A DNA stretch of 51,690 nucleotides from assembly GCA_040876265.1 (NCBI GenBank), contig JBBDPN010000001.1, forward strand, positions 1 through 51,690, given 5' to 3'. This document shows positions 22,197 to 32,377 of the stretch, in pieces (positions within the stretch are counted from its first letter, which is position 1; the number at the start of each line of letters is the position of its first letter). The notes beneath the pieces are model-generated. The model was not told where the DNA came from. It was given only the letters and a program-made list of their open reading frames with translations, and ran no database searches. This DNA is from Candidatus Woykebacteria bacterium (GTDB lineage Bacteria > Patescibacteriota > Microgenomatia > Woykebacterales > RBG-16-39-9b). A program made the translations under genes and the position numbers.

Positions 22197-22868
22197 ATGA
22201 AAAGAAGAAGGTTTTGGGTTTTTATAACGCTACGAACAATTGCAAATTCACTGATCATTGCGGGGATAGTCTTCTCGTTCCTTTCCTTTGCGCCGTTTAT
22301 CCAGCAAGAGCTTTGGTATTGGTGGAGAAGTACTTTTTTTGTTGATACTACAAAACAGGCAAACGCGCCGGATATACCGAAAGCAAAAGCTGTGGAGCTG
22401 CCAGAGCTTGGGGTTGAGCCCAAGGATCAGGATTTTGGAATTATTATTGAAAAAATAGGGGTGAACGCACCCGTGGTCCCCAGCGTAAACGCTGCCAACT
22501 ACAATGAATATATTGCTGCTTTGTCCAAAGGTGTTGCCCAGGCACGTGGTACTGCGGTGCCCGGATCCACAAAAGAGGATAATAACAACGTGTTTTTGTT
22601 TGCCCATTCAGCCATAAACGCGATCCAAGCCCGTCAGTACAATAGCGTTTTTTACTTGCTAAGGAAACTCGAAAAAGGTGATAGAGTGGTTACCTTTTAC
22701 AAAGGCAAGCGATACGATTATATTGTTAATGAAAAAAAAGTTGTCCAGGCAACAGACGTGCAGTATTTGACCGATCCTTCGGAAAAACCTATTCTCACGC
22801 TGCAAACTTGTGATCCACCCGGTAGTAGCTTACGAAGACTTATTGTTACAGCGGAGCTAGTCCGTTAG
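22197..22868 (+). CDS. Sortase-family protein
   Basis: N-terminal TM; FAHS, LTLQTCDP (TLxTC) and RRLIV catalytic positions. Confidence 0.92.
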   Translation: MKRRRFWVFITLRTIANSLIIAGIVFSFLSFAPFIQQELWYWWRSTFFVDTTKQANAPDIPKAKAVELPELGVEPKDQDFGIIIEKIGVNAPVVPSVNAANYNEYIAALSKGVAQARGTAVPGSTKEDNNNVFLFAHSAINAIQARQYNSVFYLLRKLEKGDRVVTFYKGKRYDYIVNEKKVVQATDVQYLTDPSEKPILTLQTCDPPGSSLRRLIVTAELVR

Positions 22869-22937
22869 TGGGTGTAGGTTGTAATATTGAAGTTCAAAGA
22901 TATCTGGAAGTCTTAGATCTAACATCTTAAGATCCAA

Positions 22938-24050
22938 TTAACGTAGTTCGATGGCGTATAGATCTGGCTGCTCACGAACAGATTTATTTAAATTGGTAGT
23001 GATAACAATTTTCGAGCCATCCGGCCAAGGCACCACAAATTCATTATTGAAACCTTCAGTATAAATCGTCACGTTGTTTGTAGTATCCACATCCATTACA
23101 GATATTGAACCACCGTTTACTAGAACTAAGTGTTCGTTATCTGGATACCAAAGATATTTTTTTGCGCTAGAAACTAGGTAGGTTTTGGGTTCTTTATCCG
23201 GTGCAAAACCCGGGTTGCTGTCGTAAATTAGGTATTTTCCATCTTTTCTACGCCCAACGAATTTTTCTTCATCAGGCGAGAATTCCAGAGCTTCCAACGA
23301 ATCGGCAATCATTTTCCCCTCGTCATCAAATGTTGCTAACGTCTTTTCCACAGCAGCCTGTTTTTCATCCTCCCAACTGGTTTTTATATCGTCTATGTCC
23401 AGGGTTACCTCTTTCGGATTTGGGTTCTCATCACCAACGTTAAGTAGAAAATAAGTGTTACTTTTTGCCAGTTTCACAAGAAGTTGACTGCCGTTTGGTG
23501 AGAATTCATAGGTTGCGGAAGAAAAATTGAAATTTTCTGAGTCCGCAACAATTTGGACAAGATCACGAGTAAAAAATGACGGAAGTGGGCTAGTTGACAG
23601 GTTTAGCACCCAGATGCCGGCTCGCTCCGGCGGTTCCTTCACAGAAAAAGCAACCTTTGAACCATTTGGGGAAGCCAAAGGATTTACCACACCGGTAAAA
23701 GTTAGGGCCCGCAAGGACGGTGCCACTGGAAATAGTACTGCTTCAATCACATTTACGGCCTCTTTTTTGACCTCGACTTCTTTCTGCCAACTGGTAAAAC
23801 CTTCTTTGGTAATTTCGACCGTATATTTACCAGGCTGTAAACTTGAAAGATCAACATTTGTCGTACCTTTGGACTTCCCATCAATAAAAACGCTTGCTTC
23901 AGAGGGCTTTGATCTGATGCTTACTACACCTGTCGCCTGGATATTCCTATCGGTTAGATTTGGCCGGTAGCCACTAGCGTAAAAAATAATTGCTGTTGTA
24001 GCTAGGATGGCGATCACAAGAAATATTACGATACCGGCTGCTTTTTTCAC
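22938..24050 (-). CDS. PEGA-domain protein with beta-propeller-like C-terminus
   Basis: N-terminal TM; SIRSKPSEASVFIDG...PGKYTVEITKEGF; SPNGSK, FSPNGS, FSPDEE, WYPD, WPDG blade motifs. Confidence 0.85.
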   Translation of the reverse strand: MKKAAGIVIFLVIAILATTAIIFYASGYRPNLTDRNIQATGVVSIRSKPSEASVFIDGKSKGTTNVDLSSLQPGKYTVEITKEGFTSWQKEVEVKKEAVNVIEAVLFPVAPSLRALTFTGVVNPLASPNGSKVAFSVKEPPERAGIWVLNLSTSPLPSFFTRDLVQIVADSENFNFSSATYEFSPNGSQLLVKLAKSNTYFLLNVGDENPNPKEVTLDIDDIKTSWEDEKQAAVEKTLATFDDEGKMIADSLEALEFSPDEEKFVGRRKDGKYLIYDSNPGFAPDKEPKTYLVSSAKKYLWYPDNEHLVLVNGGSISVMDVDTTNNVTIYTEGFNNEFVVPWPDGSKIVITTNLNKSVREQPDLYAIELR

Positions 24051-24208
24051 AACTAGAATTTTACTCCAACCAAGACTTACTTATCAACAAGGGCAGACCA
24101 ACAACGAGACTTTCATTACGTATTTTGACCCTTTTAAGTAAACTTTGATATTTTTGTTAAAACAGTAGGTTGCCCCCAGGATAAACCGAATATATAATTA
24201 AGGGCGCT

Positions 24209-25213
24209 ATGTTTTCCAAAAAAATCGCTATCGATTTGGGGACCGCTAACTCGTTAGTGTATCTAGAGGGTCAGGGTGTGGTGCTAAATGAACCGACGGT
24301 AGTAGCGGTTTCCTCGGAAGATGGAGAAGTTTTAGCGGTTGGCAACGCGGCCAAAGAAATGTTGGGACGGACCCCTGAAGGAATAGAAGCCAGCCGGCCG
24401 TTGCGTGACGGGGTAATAGCAGATTACATAGTCACCGAGGCTATGCTGAGGTATTTTCTTGATAAAGTTGCCGGGCGGACCAGGCTATTTAAACCAGATG
24501 TAATGGTTTGCGTGCCAGCTGGTGTGACTAGTGTCGAAAGGAGAGCGGTACTTGATGCTACTTTGTCCGCTGGGGCAAAAACAGCCTATTTAATCGAAGA
24601 ACCTTTAGCGGCAGCCATTGGGGCAAAGATCCCCATCAGCACTCCAAGCGGTAATATGATTGTAGATATTGGAGGTGGTTCTACGGAGGCGGCGGTAATT
24701 TCTTTGGGGGGTGTGGTGGTGCACAAAAGTGCTAGGGTGGCTGGAAATAAAATAGACGAAGCAATAACCACTTACGTTCGAAGGAAATATAACTTGATAA
24801 TCGGGGAACGGACAGCAGAGGAGATCAAACTTGCCTTGGCTAGTGCTACTGAAGAAGAAAAGGATGAGTCGGTAGAAGTCCGTGGTAGAGATAGTATTAC
24901 TGGTTTACCAAAACTGATAGAGCTGAAAACCAAAGAGCTGACTGAGGCGATCAGGCCAGTAGTTAATAGTATATTGGACGCCATAAAGCAAGTTTTGGAA
25001 GAAACACCACCAGAACTTTCTAGCGATATCATTGATAAAGGTATCGTATTGAGTGGCGGAACTTCACTTTTAAAGAATCTGGACAAATATTTTACTGATG
25101 TTTTGGGCGTGCCTTGTCACGTAGCTGAAGATTCGCTGCTATGCGTCGTTCACGGTACAGGAGTGGCGCTTGAAAATATAGATTTGTACCGTAGAAGTAT
25201 AACAAGAAGATAG
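24209..25213 (+). CDS. mreB: Rod shape-determining protein MreB/Mbl (paralogue 1)
   Basis: IDLGTANS, RPLRDGVIAD, VDIGGGST, LSGGTSLL. Confidence 0.96.
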   Translation: MFSKKIAIDLGTANSLVYLEGQGVVLNEPTVVAVSSEDGEVLAVGNAAKEMLGRTPEGIEASRPLRDGVIADYIVTEAMLRYFLDKVAGRTRLFKPDVMVCVPAGVTSVERRAVLDATLSAGAKTAYLIEEPLAAAIGAKIPISTPSGNMIVDIGGGSTEAAVISLGGVVVHKSARVAGNKIDEAITTYVRRKYNLIIGERTAEEIKLALASATEEEKDESVEVRGRDSITGLPKLIELKTKELTEAIRPVVNSILDAIKQVLEETPPELSSDIIDKGIVLSGGTSLLKNLDKYFTDVLGVPCHVAEDSLLCVVHGTGVALENIDLYRRSITRR

Positions 25214-25257
25214 TTTATATCCTGCGTTGCATGATGTAATTTCCCAAAAGGAAAATT

Positions 25258-26367
25258 ATGGTAATCGGTATAGATGCTTCTAGATCCGCCAGAGAAGATA
25301 AAACTGGAACTGAAAATTATTCAGACAATCTCGTAAACGCTTTAGTTGGCGTAGATAAAAAAAACCGCTACGTTCTTTATTTCAACAAAATACCGCCGTT
25401 TCTTGAAATCACCCAGCCAAATGTTAGCGTTAGGATCTTGAAAGCGCCAAGATTTTGGACGCAAGGGAGACTGGCTTGGGAGTGTCTGATCAGCCCACCC
25501 GACATACTTTTTGTACCTGCCCACACGATACCGGTGATACGCCGCCCAGGGTTAAAAACCGTTGCTACCATCCATGACTTGGGAGCAGAATTTTTAGCAG
25601 ACTACCATAAGTACCCGCAGAAAATTTATTTAAATTGGTCCACAAAATATGTAGCGTCTGCAGCAAATCATTTAATTGCTGTATCAAAATTTACCAAAAA
25701 GGATCTCACAACTACCTTAAAGGTTCCAAGCTCGCGTGTCAGCGTAGTCTACGAGGCTGTGAACATGAGGCATTTCTACCCTAGGGATAAAGATTTGATA
25801 GCGAGAACAAGAGCAAAATATGGACTAGCCGGCAAGTATTTTATTTATGTAGGTACCATCCAGCCAAGGAAAAACCTGGTGAGACTTATCGATGCGTTTG
25901 CCAAGGCAAAACTAGCGGATACTGATCTTGTATTGGTTGGGACAAAAGGCTGGCTCCACGAGGATATCTACAAAGCTCCCGGAAAATTTTCTGTATCAAA
26001 CCATACCCGCTTTCTTGGTTACGTACCAGATGAGGATCTCCCAGCTCTTTATAGCGGTGCCCTGGGTCTTACTTTCCCCTCCCTATACGAAGGTTTTGGC
26101 TTACCTATACTTGAAGCTTTTGCTTGCGGATGTCCAGTGCTTACCTCCGGGGTTGGCGCGACGGCCGAGATTGCAGAAGCAGCAGCCCTTCTGGTGGATC
26201 CTCTTGATACAAATGATATTGCCAAGGGGATCAAAAAACTGGCATTAGATAAGGTATTGCGGCAAGGACTTCGAGAAAAAGGTAGGGAGCGAGTGGTAGA
26301 CTTCAGCTGGGAAAAAACGGCAAAGGAAACAATAAAGGTTTTCGAGAAAGTTTATAAACAAAAATAA
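25258..26367 (+). CDS. Glycosyltransferase family 4
   Basis: GTIQPRKN, FPSLYEGFGLPILEAFACG. Confidence 0.95.
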   Translation: MVIGIDASRSAREDKTGTENYSDNLVNALVGVDKKNRYVLYFNKIPPFLEITQPNVSVRILKAPRFWTQGRLAWECLISPPDILFVPAHTIPVIRRPGLKTVATIHDLGAEFLADYHKYPQKIYLNWSTKYVASAANHLIAVSKFTKKDLTTTLKVPSSRVSVVYEAVNMRHFYPRDKDLIARTRAKYGLAGKYFIYVGTIQPRKNLVRLIDAFAKAKLADTDLVLVGTKGWLHEDIYKAPGKFSVSNHTRFLGYVPDEDLPALYSGALGLTFPSLYEGFGLPILEAFACGCPVLTSGVGATAEIAEAAALLVDPLDTNDIAKGIKKLALDKVLRQGLREKGRERVVDFSWEKTAKETIKVFEKVYKQK

Positions 26368-26432
26368 TTTTCAATTTATTATTTGAAATTTTTAGTCAAA
26401 CTTAATTTTAAAAGTTTAAAACATTGAAAATT
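26366..26432. repeat. AT-rich intergenic inverted repeat
   Basis: AATTTTCAAT (26366-26375) and ATTGAAAATT (26423-26432). Confidence 0.6.
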
Positions 26433-26448
26433 CAATGAAAATTAAAAA

Positions 26449-27183
26449 ATGAAAATTCTTGGGGTTAAAGTGGACAACTACACATATGCAAAGGCATTGG
26501 AAAGATCCAAGGAGCTGTTGGAATCAGGAAAAAAACATTACATTGTAACACCCAACCCGGAGATAATTGTTGCCGCTCAGAAAGACAAGGAACTACAGGA
26601 TATATTGAATAGAGCGGATCTATCAATTGCTGATGGATCAGGATTGGTAAAGCTAGCTAACCTTACTGAAAGAAACATCCCAGAAAGAATAACTGGTGTT
26701 GACTTTGTACAGGGTTTAGCAGGGATTGCTGAAGAATTTGGTTATAGCGTATTTTTTCTTGGTGGTCAGGAAGGGGTCGCCCAGGCGGCTGCAGAAAATC
26801 TAAAGAAAACACTCCCGAAGTTGAAAATCGCTGGGGCTTTCCCCGGGAAAGCGGATGAAAAATTTGATGATCAAACTGTATCACGGATCAAATCAGCGAA
26901 AGTCGACATTATCATTCTTGCTTTTGGCCATGGAAAACAAGAAAAATGGATCAAAAGAAACTTACCAAAATTAAACGTAAACCTTGCGATCGGAGTAGGA
27001 GGAGCCCTTGATTATATTAGTGGACGAAAGAAGCGAGCACCCCGATGGGTCCAAAAAGCTGGAATGGAATGGTTTTATAGATTGATAATGGAGCCATGGA
27101 GGCTTAAAAGACAACTCGCTTTACCGCACTTTGTTTATCTCATCGTAAAAGAGGGTTTTTTCCAAAAGAAAAACCCCTCGTAA
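26449..27183 (+). CDS. WecB/TagA/CpsF family glycosyltransferase
   Basis: IVTPNPE, ADGSG, RITGVDF, GKQEKW, KRAPRWVQKAGMEWFYRL. Confidence 0.95.
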   Translation: MKILGVKVDNYTYAKALERSKELLESGKKHYIVTPNPEIIVAAQKDKELQDILNRADLSIADGSGLVKLANLTERNIPERITGVDFVQGLAGIAEEFGYSVFFLGGQEGVAQAAAENLKKTLPKLKIAGAFPGKADEKFDDQTVSRIKSAKVDIIILAFGHGKQEKWIKRNLPKLNVNLAIGVGGALDYISGRKKRAPRWVQKAGMEWFYRLIMEPWRLKRQLALPHFVYLIVKEGFFQKKNPS

Positions 27184-27215
27184 GGGTCTTTGAACTCGCC
27201 CCTACGAGGGGCGTC

Positions 27216-27232
27216 CTCCGATTGAATCGGAG
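27216..27232. repeat. REP-like palindrome CTCCGATTGAATCGGAG
   Basis: Core CCGATTNAATCGG also at 36079-36091; adjacent CGCCCCT/AGGGGCG hairpin. Confidence 0.6.
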
Positions 27233-27489
27233 TTCCGGCGTTGATGCCTCTCCTTTAGTTTTTCCTGAAAATTATCTAGCTAACTGTGCGGGGGACAGGT
27301 TTCTAGAAAACAAAAATGGGACAGGTTGTGAAGGTGCAGGTACGATCGTCTCCTTTCTATGGGGTAACACTAATACAAAGTATTCCATAGTGTTACTTGA
27401 AAGTCAATCCCTACGTACTGCGAAACTAAAGTTTCTTAGTACTCCCGGTATTAGCAATTTTCGCTACGCTCAAATTGTCAAGCTGGGTT

Positions 27490-27524
27490 AGTATCGAGTA
27501 TATTGTATTCAGTATTGAGTATCA
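27490..27524. repeat. 7-nt tandem repeat
   Basis: AGTATCG AGTATAT TGTATTC AGTATTG AGTATCA. Confidence 0.75.
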
Positions 27525-27704
27525 AAATAAAAAAAACGGTTTTTTCTAGTCCACGAAGTGGTTGCAGGATCCGAGAGTGCTTAGGAACTGGAAGTTTCGA
27601 ATTACGGAGGATACTTAGGAGCGGAGTGACGCAGCACCCGAGAATACTGAAAAACTTTAGTTTTGAAGTATGGAGGGTGCTATAACGAAGCAGTGAGGAG
27701 ATTT

Positions 27705-27905
27705 TTAGACAGTTTCTTTCTTCATCTCGCCGAGAAGCCAGAGTACAGCTTCTTTTTTGTACCTTCTATCACCCCTGGTGTTTATCCTTATGGCGGGGAG
27801 CTTGCCGCGCTTGCCCCAGCGTTTGATAGTGAGAGGGGATACTCTTAAAAAACTGGCTACTTCTTTTACAGTTAGTAGCTCTGGTAGCTCATCTCCGAGA
27901 GCCAT
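27705..27905 (-). CDS. Small excisionase/MerR-like HTH protein
   Basis: LLTVKEVASFLRVSPLTIKRWGKRGKLPAIRINTRGDRRY; GAAAGGA upstream. Confidence 0.88.
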   Translation of the reverse strand: MALGDELPELLTVKEVASFLRVSPLTIKRWGKRGKLPAIRINTRGDRRYKKEAVLWLLGEMKKETV

Positions 27906-28110
27906 GCGAAGTGGATCCTTTCTAGGCAGAAACTTACTTTATGAAAACAAAGATGTTAGTTAACGTATCACACTAGAAATTATATTGTCAATACCTGACA
28001 ACATATTTTCTGCACCGGGTCTAAATAAAGAAGTTGCCAAGCGTCTAAAAAGTGGCTTTTATATCCAAAAATTTGACAAATGCTTATGGCCGACTTGATA
28101 ATAGAACTAA

Positions 28111-28983
28111 ATGAGGGCATCGAATTTATTTGCTTCCTATAGGAAAAGCATTAACTATCCTTACGGGCCAAAGGATTTGCTGGTGTTATTACTAACTGCT
28201 GTACTCTTGGTTTCCATTCCTGCGATTGCCATCACCACTATTCAGAACAGATCAGCTGTATCCAAAGCTTCAACTGCTCCGTTTATTTACGTTTCCCCTG
28301 TGTATAGACCCGTAAACCAAAATGCAGATTTTGCGATAAGAATTAGAGTAAATAGCCAAGGTATAGAGATAAACTCCGTCCAAGCGAATTTAAGTTACGA
28401 CAGCAGTCGGTTGAATTTTGTCTCCATTGACAGTGCAGGTAGCGCGTTCAATTTGGAGTTTCAAAATCAAGGAGGCAGCGGTAGCGTAAAGATTGCCAGA
28501 TCATCGACCAGCCCTCTGACAGGAGATTTACTGGTGGCTACCATCAACTTTAGGTCGTCTTCAATTGTTGGCAGAACTGATATTCGCTTTGCCCCCGGGA
28601 CCGTCTTGGTTAGTCTTGACAAAAACGTAGACGTGCTAGGAAGCAAAGGAAGTGGGATCATCGAGATAAGAGATAATGCTGTTGATCCAGATAGCGATGG
28701 GGATGGTTTTATAGATAGCGTTGAAGTTTTTGTCGGTACAGACCCCAATAAGGCCTGTTCCGATACCAACGATGCCGGTGATGAAACAATCGATGCTTGG
28801 CCACCAGATTTTAACGACGATAAAAAAGTTGACGATAAGGACACGAACTCCTTCGGTAAACATCTATTAAAGAAAAAAGGTGATCCTGCCTACAACGTGC
28901 GCTACGATCTAGACAAAAATGGCCGAGTAGATATTGGTGATGTTATCAAAGTAGCACCATACTACGGGGAAAGTTGCCAATAA
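28111..28983 (+). CDS. Surface protein with cohesin-like domain and Ca-binding dockerin-like C-terminus
   Basis: INSVQANLSYDSSRLNFVSID...GDLLVATINF; DSDGDGFIDSVE; DFNDDKKVDDKD and DLDKNGRVDIGD loops. Confidence 0.75.
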   Translation: MRASNLFASYRKSINYPYGPKDLLVLLLTAVLLVSIPAIAITTIQNRSAVSKASTAPFIYVSPVYRPVNQNADFAIRIRVNSQGIEINSVQANLSYDSSRLNFVSIDSAGSAFNLEFQNQGGSGSVKIARSSTSPLTGDLLVATINFRSSSIVGRTDIRFAPGTVLVSLDKNVDVLGSKGSGIIEIRDNAVDPDSDGDGFIDSVEVFVGTDPNKACSDTNDAGDETIDAWPPDFNDDKKVDDKDTNSFGKHLLKKKGDPAYNVRYDLDKNGRVDIGDVIKVAPYYGESCQ

Positions 28984-28994
28984 ACCGCCCAAAT

Positions 28995-31900
28995 ATGAGA
29001 GCTGCTGATCTGTTCAGACAAAGTAGTTTTGGTAGGTTCTTCAAAACTTACCGCAAGTCCATAAATCCTCCCTATAGGCGTAAGGATCTAGTTTCAATCG
29101 GAGCGACGGTTTTTATTTTACTTGTTATTCCCCTGACTGTTATCGCAGTCTATCAGGCTAGACAACTTCTAAGCCAAGCGGCGACTACGTCACCATACCC
29201 AAGTAGTAGTGTAATTACTGGGTTTAACTTTGATACTGCTTCATATAATTCGCAAGGCGATGGTGACTGTTGGCCAGCTACGTGGGCAGCTGACGGAGAT
29301 CAATACATCTTTGGTAACGATGCTACCGGTTTTCAAGGTGGGAGCAACCACAGTCTTTCTTTCCATAAAATTATTGGAAATACAGGCGCATCTGGTGCCT
29401 GGTCAGGCCAAGATATTAATTCAAGCATTGAAGAACCCGGCCCCAACGGTTCATGTGGTCGGAAAGCCAGCGGTCTCATCCAAGTCGATGGTAAATTCTA
29501 CGTAGCCGTACGTAACGCTGATGGTAACTGTTCTGGTACAGGATCCATACTAGCCGAGTCCACCAATGGTGGCACAAACTGGACGTACGCGAGTTGGAAA
29601 TTCTCCGAATTTGGCTATCTACTTTTCATGAACATGGGCCAAAACTACAACAAGGCAAAAGACAACTATGTCTATCTTTACTCTCCAGATGAAAGAAGCG
29701 CTTATAAAGTGGCAAATAACCTGGCTCTTATGCGTGTACCGAAGGATCAGATAATGAATAGAGGCTCCTACGAATTCTTTAAGGGTCTTGATGGTTCTGG
29801 CAATCCGACCTGGACAAGCGACATAAATCAACGCCAATCAGCCATGACTTTTAATCAACGGGTTTATCGCCCAGGAGCGGTGTACAACCCTGCCCTTGAT
29901 AGGTTTATGATGGTATTTAATATCCGCTCTAACGCTGAGGGGTGTACCGACTGTGGTGGTGTCAATGGTTTGCACGTCCTTGATGCTCCCAATCCCTGGG
30001 GGCCGTGGACGACGGTTTATTCAAATGATAATTGGGGGGATCAATTCTCCGGTAGTCTTGCTAACGCTACAAGCAGTCCTTTTCATCCCAATTTTGCGCC
30101 AAAGTGGATCAGCAGCGATGGCAAAACTATGTACCTGCATTGGTCATGCCATCCCAACTGTACTTATAAATTCAACGTGATGAAAATTACGTTGGAAACT
30201 TCTGGTGGCACGACACCGCCAGCGGGTAACATCAATGTTGATTTCACAAACACAATTCGGACACTTAGCCCACTTACCTTTGGAATGGATATTAGTGGAT
30301 ATGGGCAAGGCTTTTATATAACCAACGATGCTACTCACCGGTCACGTCTGACCGATCTGGATCTGGGGCATATACGCATGGATCTGAAATACGCAACGGC
30401 TGGTAACCCAAATAGTGCGATACAGTGCGGAGGTGCTGGTTGTGCCACCAGCGTGAGCGGAGATAGTTGGGTGAACTCGATTAAATCAACCGGGGCAGAA
30501 CCGGTGGTGATCGTCCCGATGTACCAGGGAAATGCCTCTTTGTCAGCCTCCGACGCGGCCAATATGGTGAAACACTTTAATGTAAATACAAACAACACTG
30601 TAAAGCGTTGGATTCTGTACAACGAACCTGACGGTGTTGGAATGAGTGCTAGTGAGTACACTAGCCAGTTCAATCAAATGTATGATGCGATGAAAGCAGT
30701 TGATCCCACTATAAAGATCGGTGGTCCGGCGACAGCTTGGTTTAACACTGCCTTCCTCCAAACTTTCTTGAACGGCTCCGGTTCCAGAGTCGATTTCATT
30801 GATTTTCACAAATATGGACAAGGCGGAACAGCGACAAAAACCGAAGCCCAGCTTCTAACTGATACAGTCGAATACGAAAATAATATAAATCAGCTGCGGA
30901 CAATGCTGCAAAACACCGTTCCAGCCCGGGCCAGCCAGATCGAGATCCAAATAGGGGAGTGGAATCTGGATTGGGACGGTGACCCTAAACATTATGAAAA
31001 TTTTAATACGGTTTGGAGTGCTTCTTCGATCGGGCGGATGATAAAAGCCGGTGGTTACCCTCTGCAGTACGCAGATAAAAACGGTGGTCTAGGGGCTATT
31101 TTCGAGACAGATAACGCCCAGTATGGCAAAAGTCGCAATGATCCCATGCCGGTATATCACGCTATTGGCATGTACACTGGGGAAAACCTATTTAGACACT
31201 TCGGAAATCAACTGGTCTCAGCCAGCACCACGCTGAGTAACGTTGAAGTCTACGCTTCGAATAATCAAAAAAATATCGTCGTGGTGAATAAAAACCCTTC
31301 GACCAGCCAAACCGCAACCTTTAGCCTTACCGGAGTTACATCTGCTCCTGCGGATGTGTGGCGCAAAGACGGCAGTTTCTCCCAATTTGACGCTCCAAAG
31401 AAAATTGGAACTACAAATGTTAGCGGTGGTCAATTTTCTTACACCTTACCGGCTTACTCGGTCACCACCTTTGTTATCGATCCCTCTAGCGGCCCAACGC
31501 CAGATCCAGCTCCTACAGTTGACATCAAAGCTAATGGATCAAATGGTCCCATCACCGTGCAATCAGGTTCTGACGTGACGCTTAGCTGGATCAGCACAGA
31601 CGCAACTAGCTGTACGGCTGCGGATGATTGGTCTGGTAGTAAAGCTACCAGCGGTTCCCAGACTATAAGTAACGTAACTAGTAATAAAAAGTTTACTTTA
31701 TCGTGTACTGGTAGTGGAGGTTCAGCTTCAGATAACGTAGTAGTAAATGTTTCTGAACCTACACCAGATGGCAGTTTCTTAGGAGAATATTGGGACAACT
31801 TTGGTAGTGGTAGTACCTCAACTAGTTGCTGCTCGAGCCTGCAGTTTCCAACTTCAAGTCCGACATTTACTCGTAGCGATGCCAACGTAAATTTTGACTG

Positions 31901-32363
31901 GGGTCTGGGATCGCCAACTGGCTCAATAGGCGCTGATACCTTTATGGCTCGCTGGACAAAAACCGAGGATATTTCCCAGGCTGGTAATTATACTTTTACC
32001 CTGCGTTCCGATGACGGTTCAAGATTGTATATCGATGGGAACTTGTTAATTGATGCCTGGTACAACCAAAGCGGGGCTACTACTCACACTGCAACGGTGT
32101 TCCTAAGCAGTGGAGATCACGACATTAAAATAGAATACTATGAAAATACATTTGACGCGAAGATCTTTTACTCAATGAGCTTTGATGGCGATCCTACCCC
32201 GACCAAGCCAGGAGATATAAATGGCGATGGGCTGGTAAATATATTCGACGCAAGTATCCTTAGCTCCAGATGGGGAACTAATGATCCGGATGCGGATCTA
32301 AACGGCAACGGTATAGTAGATATCTTTGACGCGAGCATTTTAGCCGCCAATTGGGATGACTAG
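28995..32363 (+). CDS. Multidomain surface glycoside hydrolase-like protein: DUF4185-like, clan GH-A barrel, Ig-like, PA14, dockerin
   Basis: GDCWPATWAADG and PNPWGPW; WILYNEPD (acid/base) and IGEWN (nucleophile); RSDDGSRLYIDG; GDINGDGLVNIFD...DLNGNGIVDIFD. ATG 28995 preferred over the track start 28974. Confidence 0.8.
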   Translation: MRAADLFRQSSFGRFFKTYRKSINPPYRRKDLVSIGATVFILLVIPLTVIAVYQARQLLSQAATTSPYPSSSVITGFNFDTASYNSQGDGDCWPATWAADGDQYIFGNDATGFQGGSNHSLSFHKIIGNTGASGAWSGQDINSSIEEPGPNGSCGRKASGLIQVDGKFYVAVRNADGNCSGTGSILAESTNGGTNWTYASWKFSEFGYLLFMNMGQNYNKAKDNYVYLYSPDERSAYKVANNLALMRVPKDQIMNRGSYEFFKGLDGSGNPTWTSDINQRQSAMTFNQRVYRPGAVYNPALDRFMMVFNIRSNAEGCTDCGGVNGLHVLDAPNPWGPWTTVYSNDNWGDQFSGSLANATSSPFHPNFAPKWISSDGKTMYLHWSCHPNCTYKFNVMKITLETSGGTTPPAGNINVDFTNTIRTLSPLTFGMDISGYGQGFYITNDATHRSRLTDLDLGHIRMDLKYATAGNPNSAIQCGGAGCATSVSGDSWVNSIKSTGAEPVVIVPMYQGNASLSASDAANMVKHFNVNTNNTVKRWILYNEPDGVGMSASEYTSQFNQMYDAMKAVDPTIKIGGPATAWFNTAFLQTFLNGSGSRVDFIDFHKYGQGGTATKTEAQLLTDTVEYENNINQLRTMLQNTVPARASQIEIQIGEWNLDWDGDPKHYENFNTVWSASSIGRMIKAGGYPLQYADKNGGLGAIFETDNAQYGKSRNDPMPVYHAIGMYTGENLFRHFGNQLVSASTTLSNVEVYASNNQKNIVVVNKNPSTSQTATFSLTGVTSAPADVWRKDGSFSQFDAPKKIGTTNVSGGQFSYTLPAYSVTTFVIDPSSGPTPDPAPTVDIKANGSNGPITVQSGSDVTLSWISTDATSCTAADDWSGSKATSGSQTISNVTSNKKFTLSCTGSGGSASDNVVVNVSEPTPDGSFLGEYWDNFGSGSTSTSCCSSLQFPTSSPTFTRSDANVNFDWGLGSPTGSIGADTFMARWTKTEDISQAGNYTFTLRSDDGSRLYIDGNLLIDAWYNQSGATTHTATVFLSSGDHDIKIEYYENTFDAKIFYSMSFDGDPTPTKPGDINGDGLVNIFDASILSSRWGTNDPDADLNGNGIVDIFDASILAANWDD

Positions 32364-32377
32364 TATAGAGCTCTTAA

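Noticed and set aside
27705-27905. Excisionase-like HTH as a sign of a prophage or ICE
   Set aside because: No integrase, att duplication or phage genes nearby.
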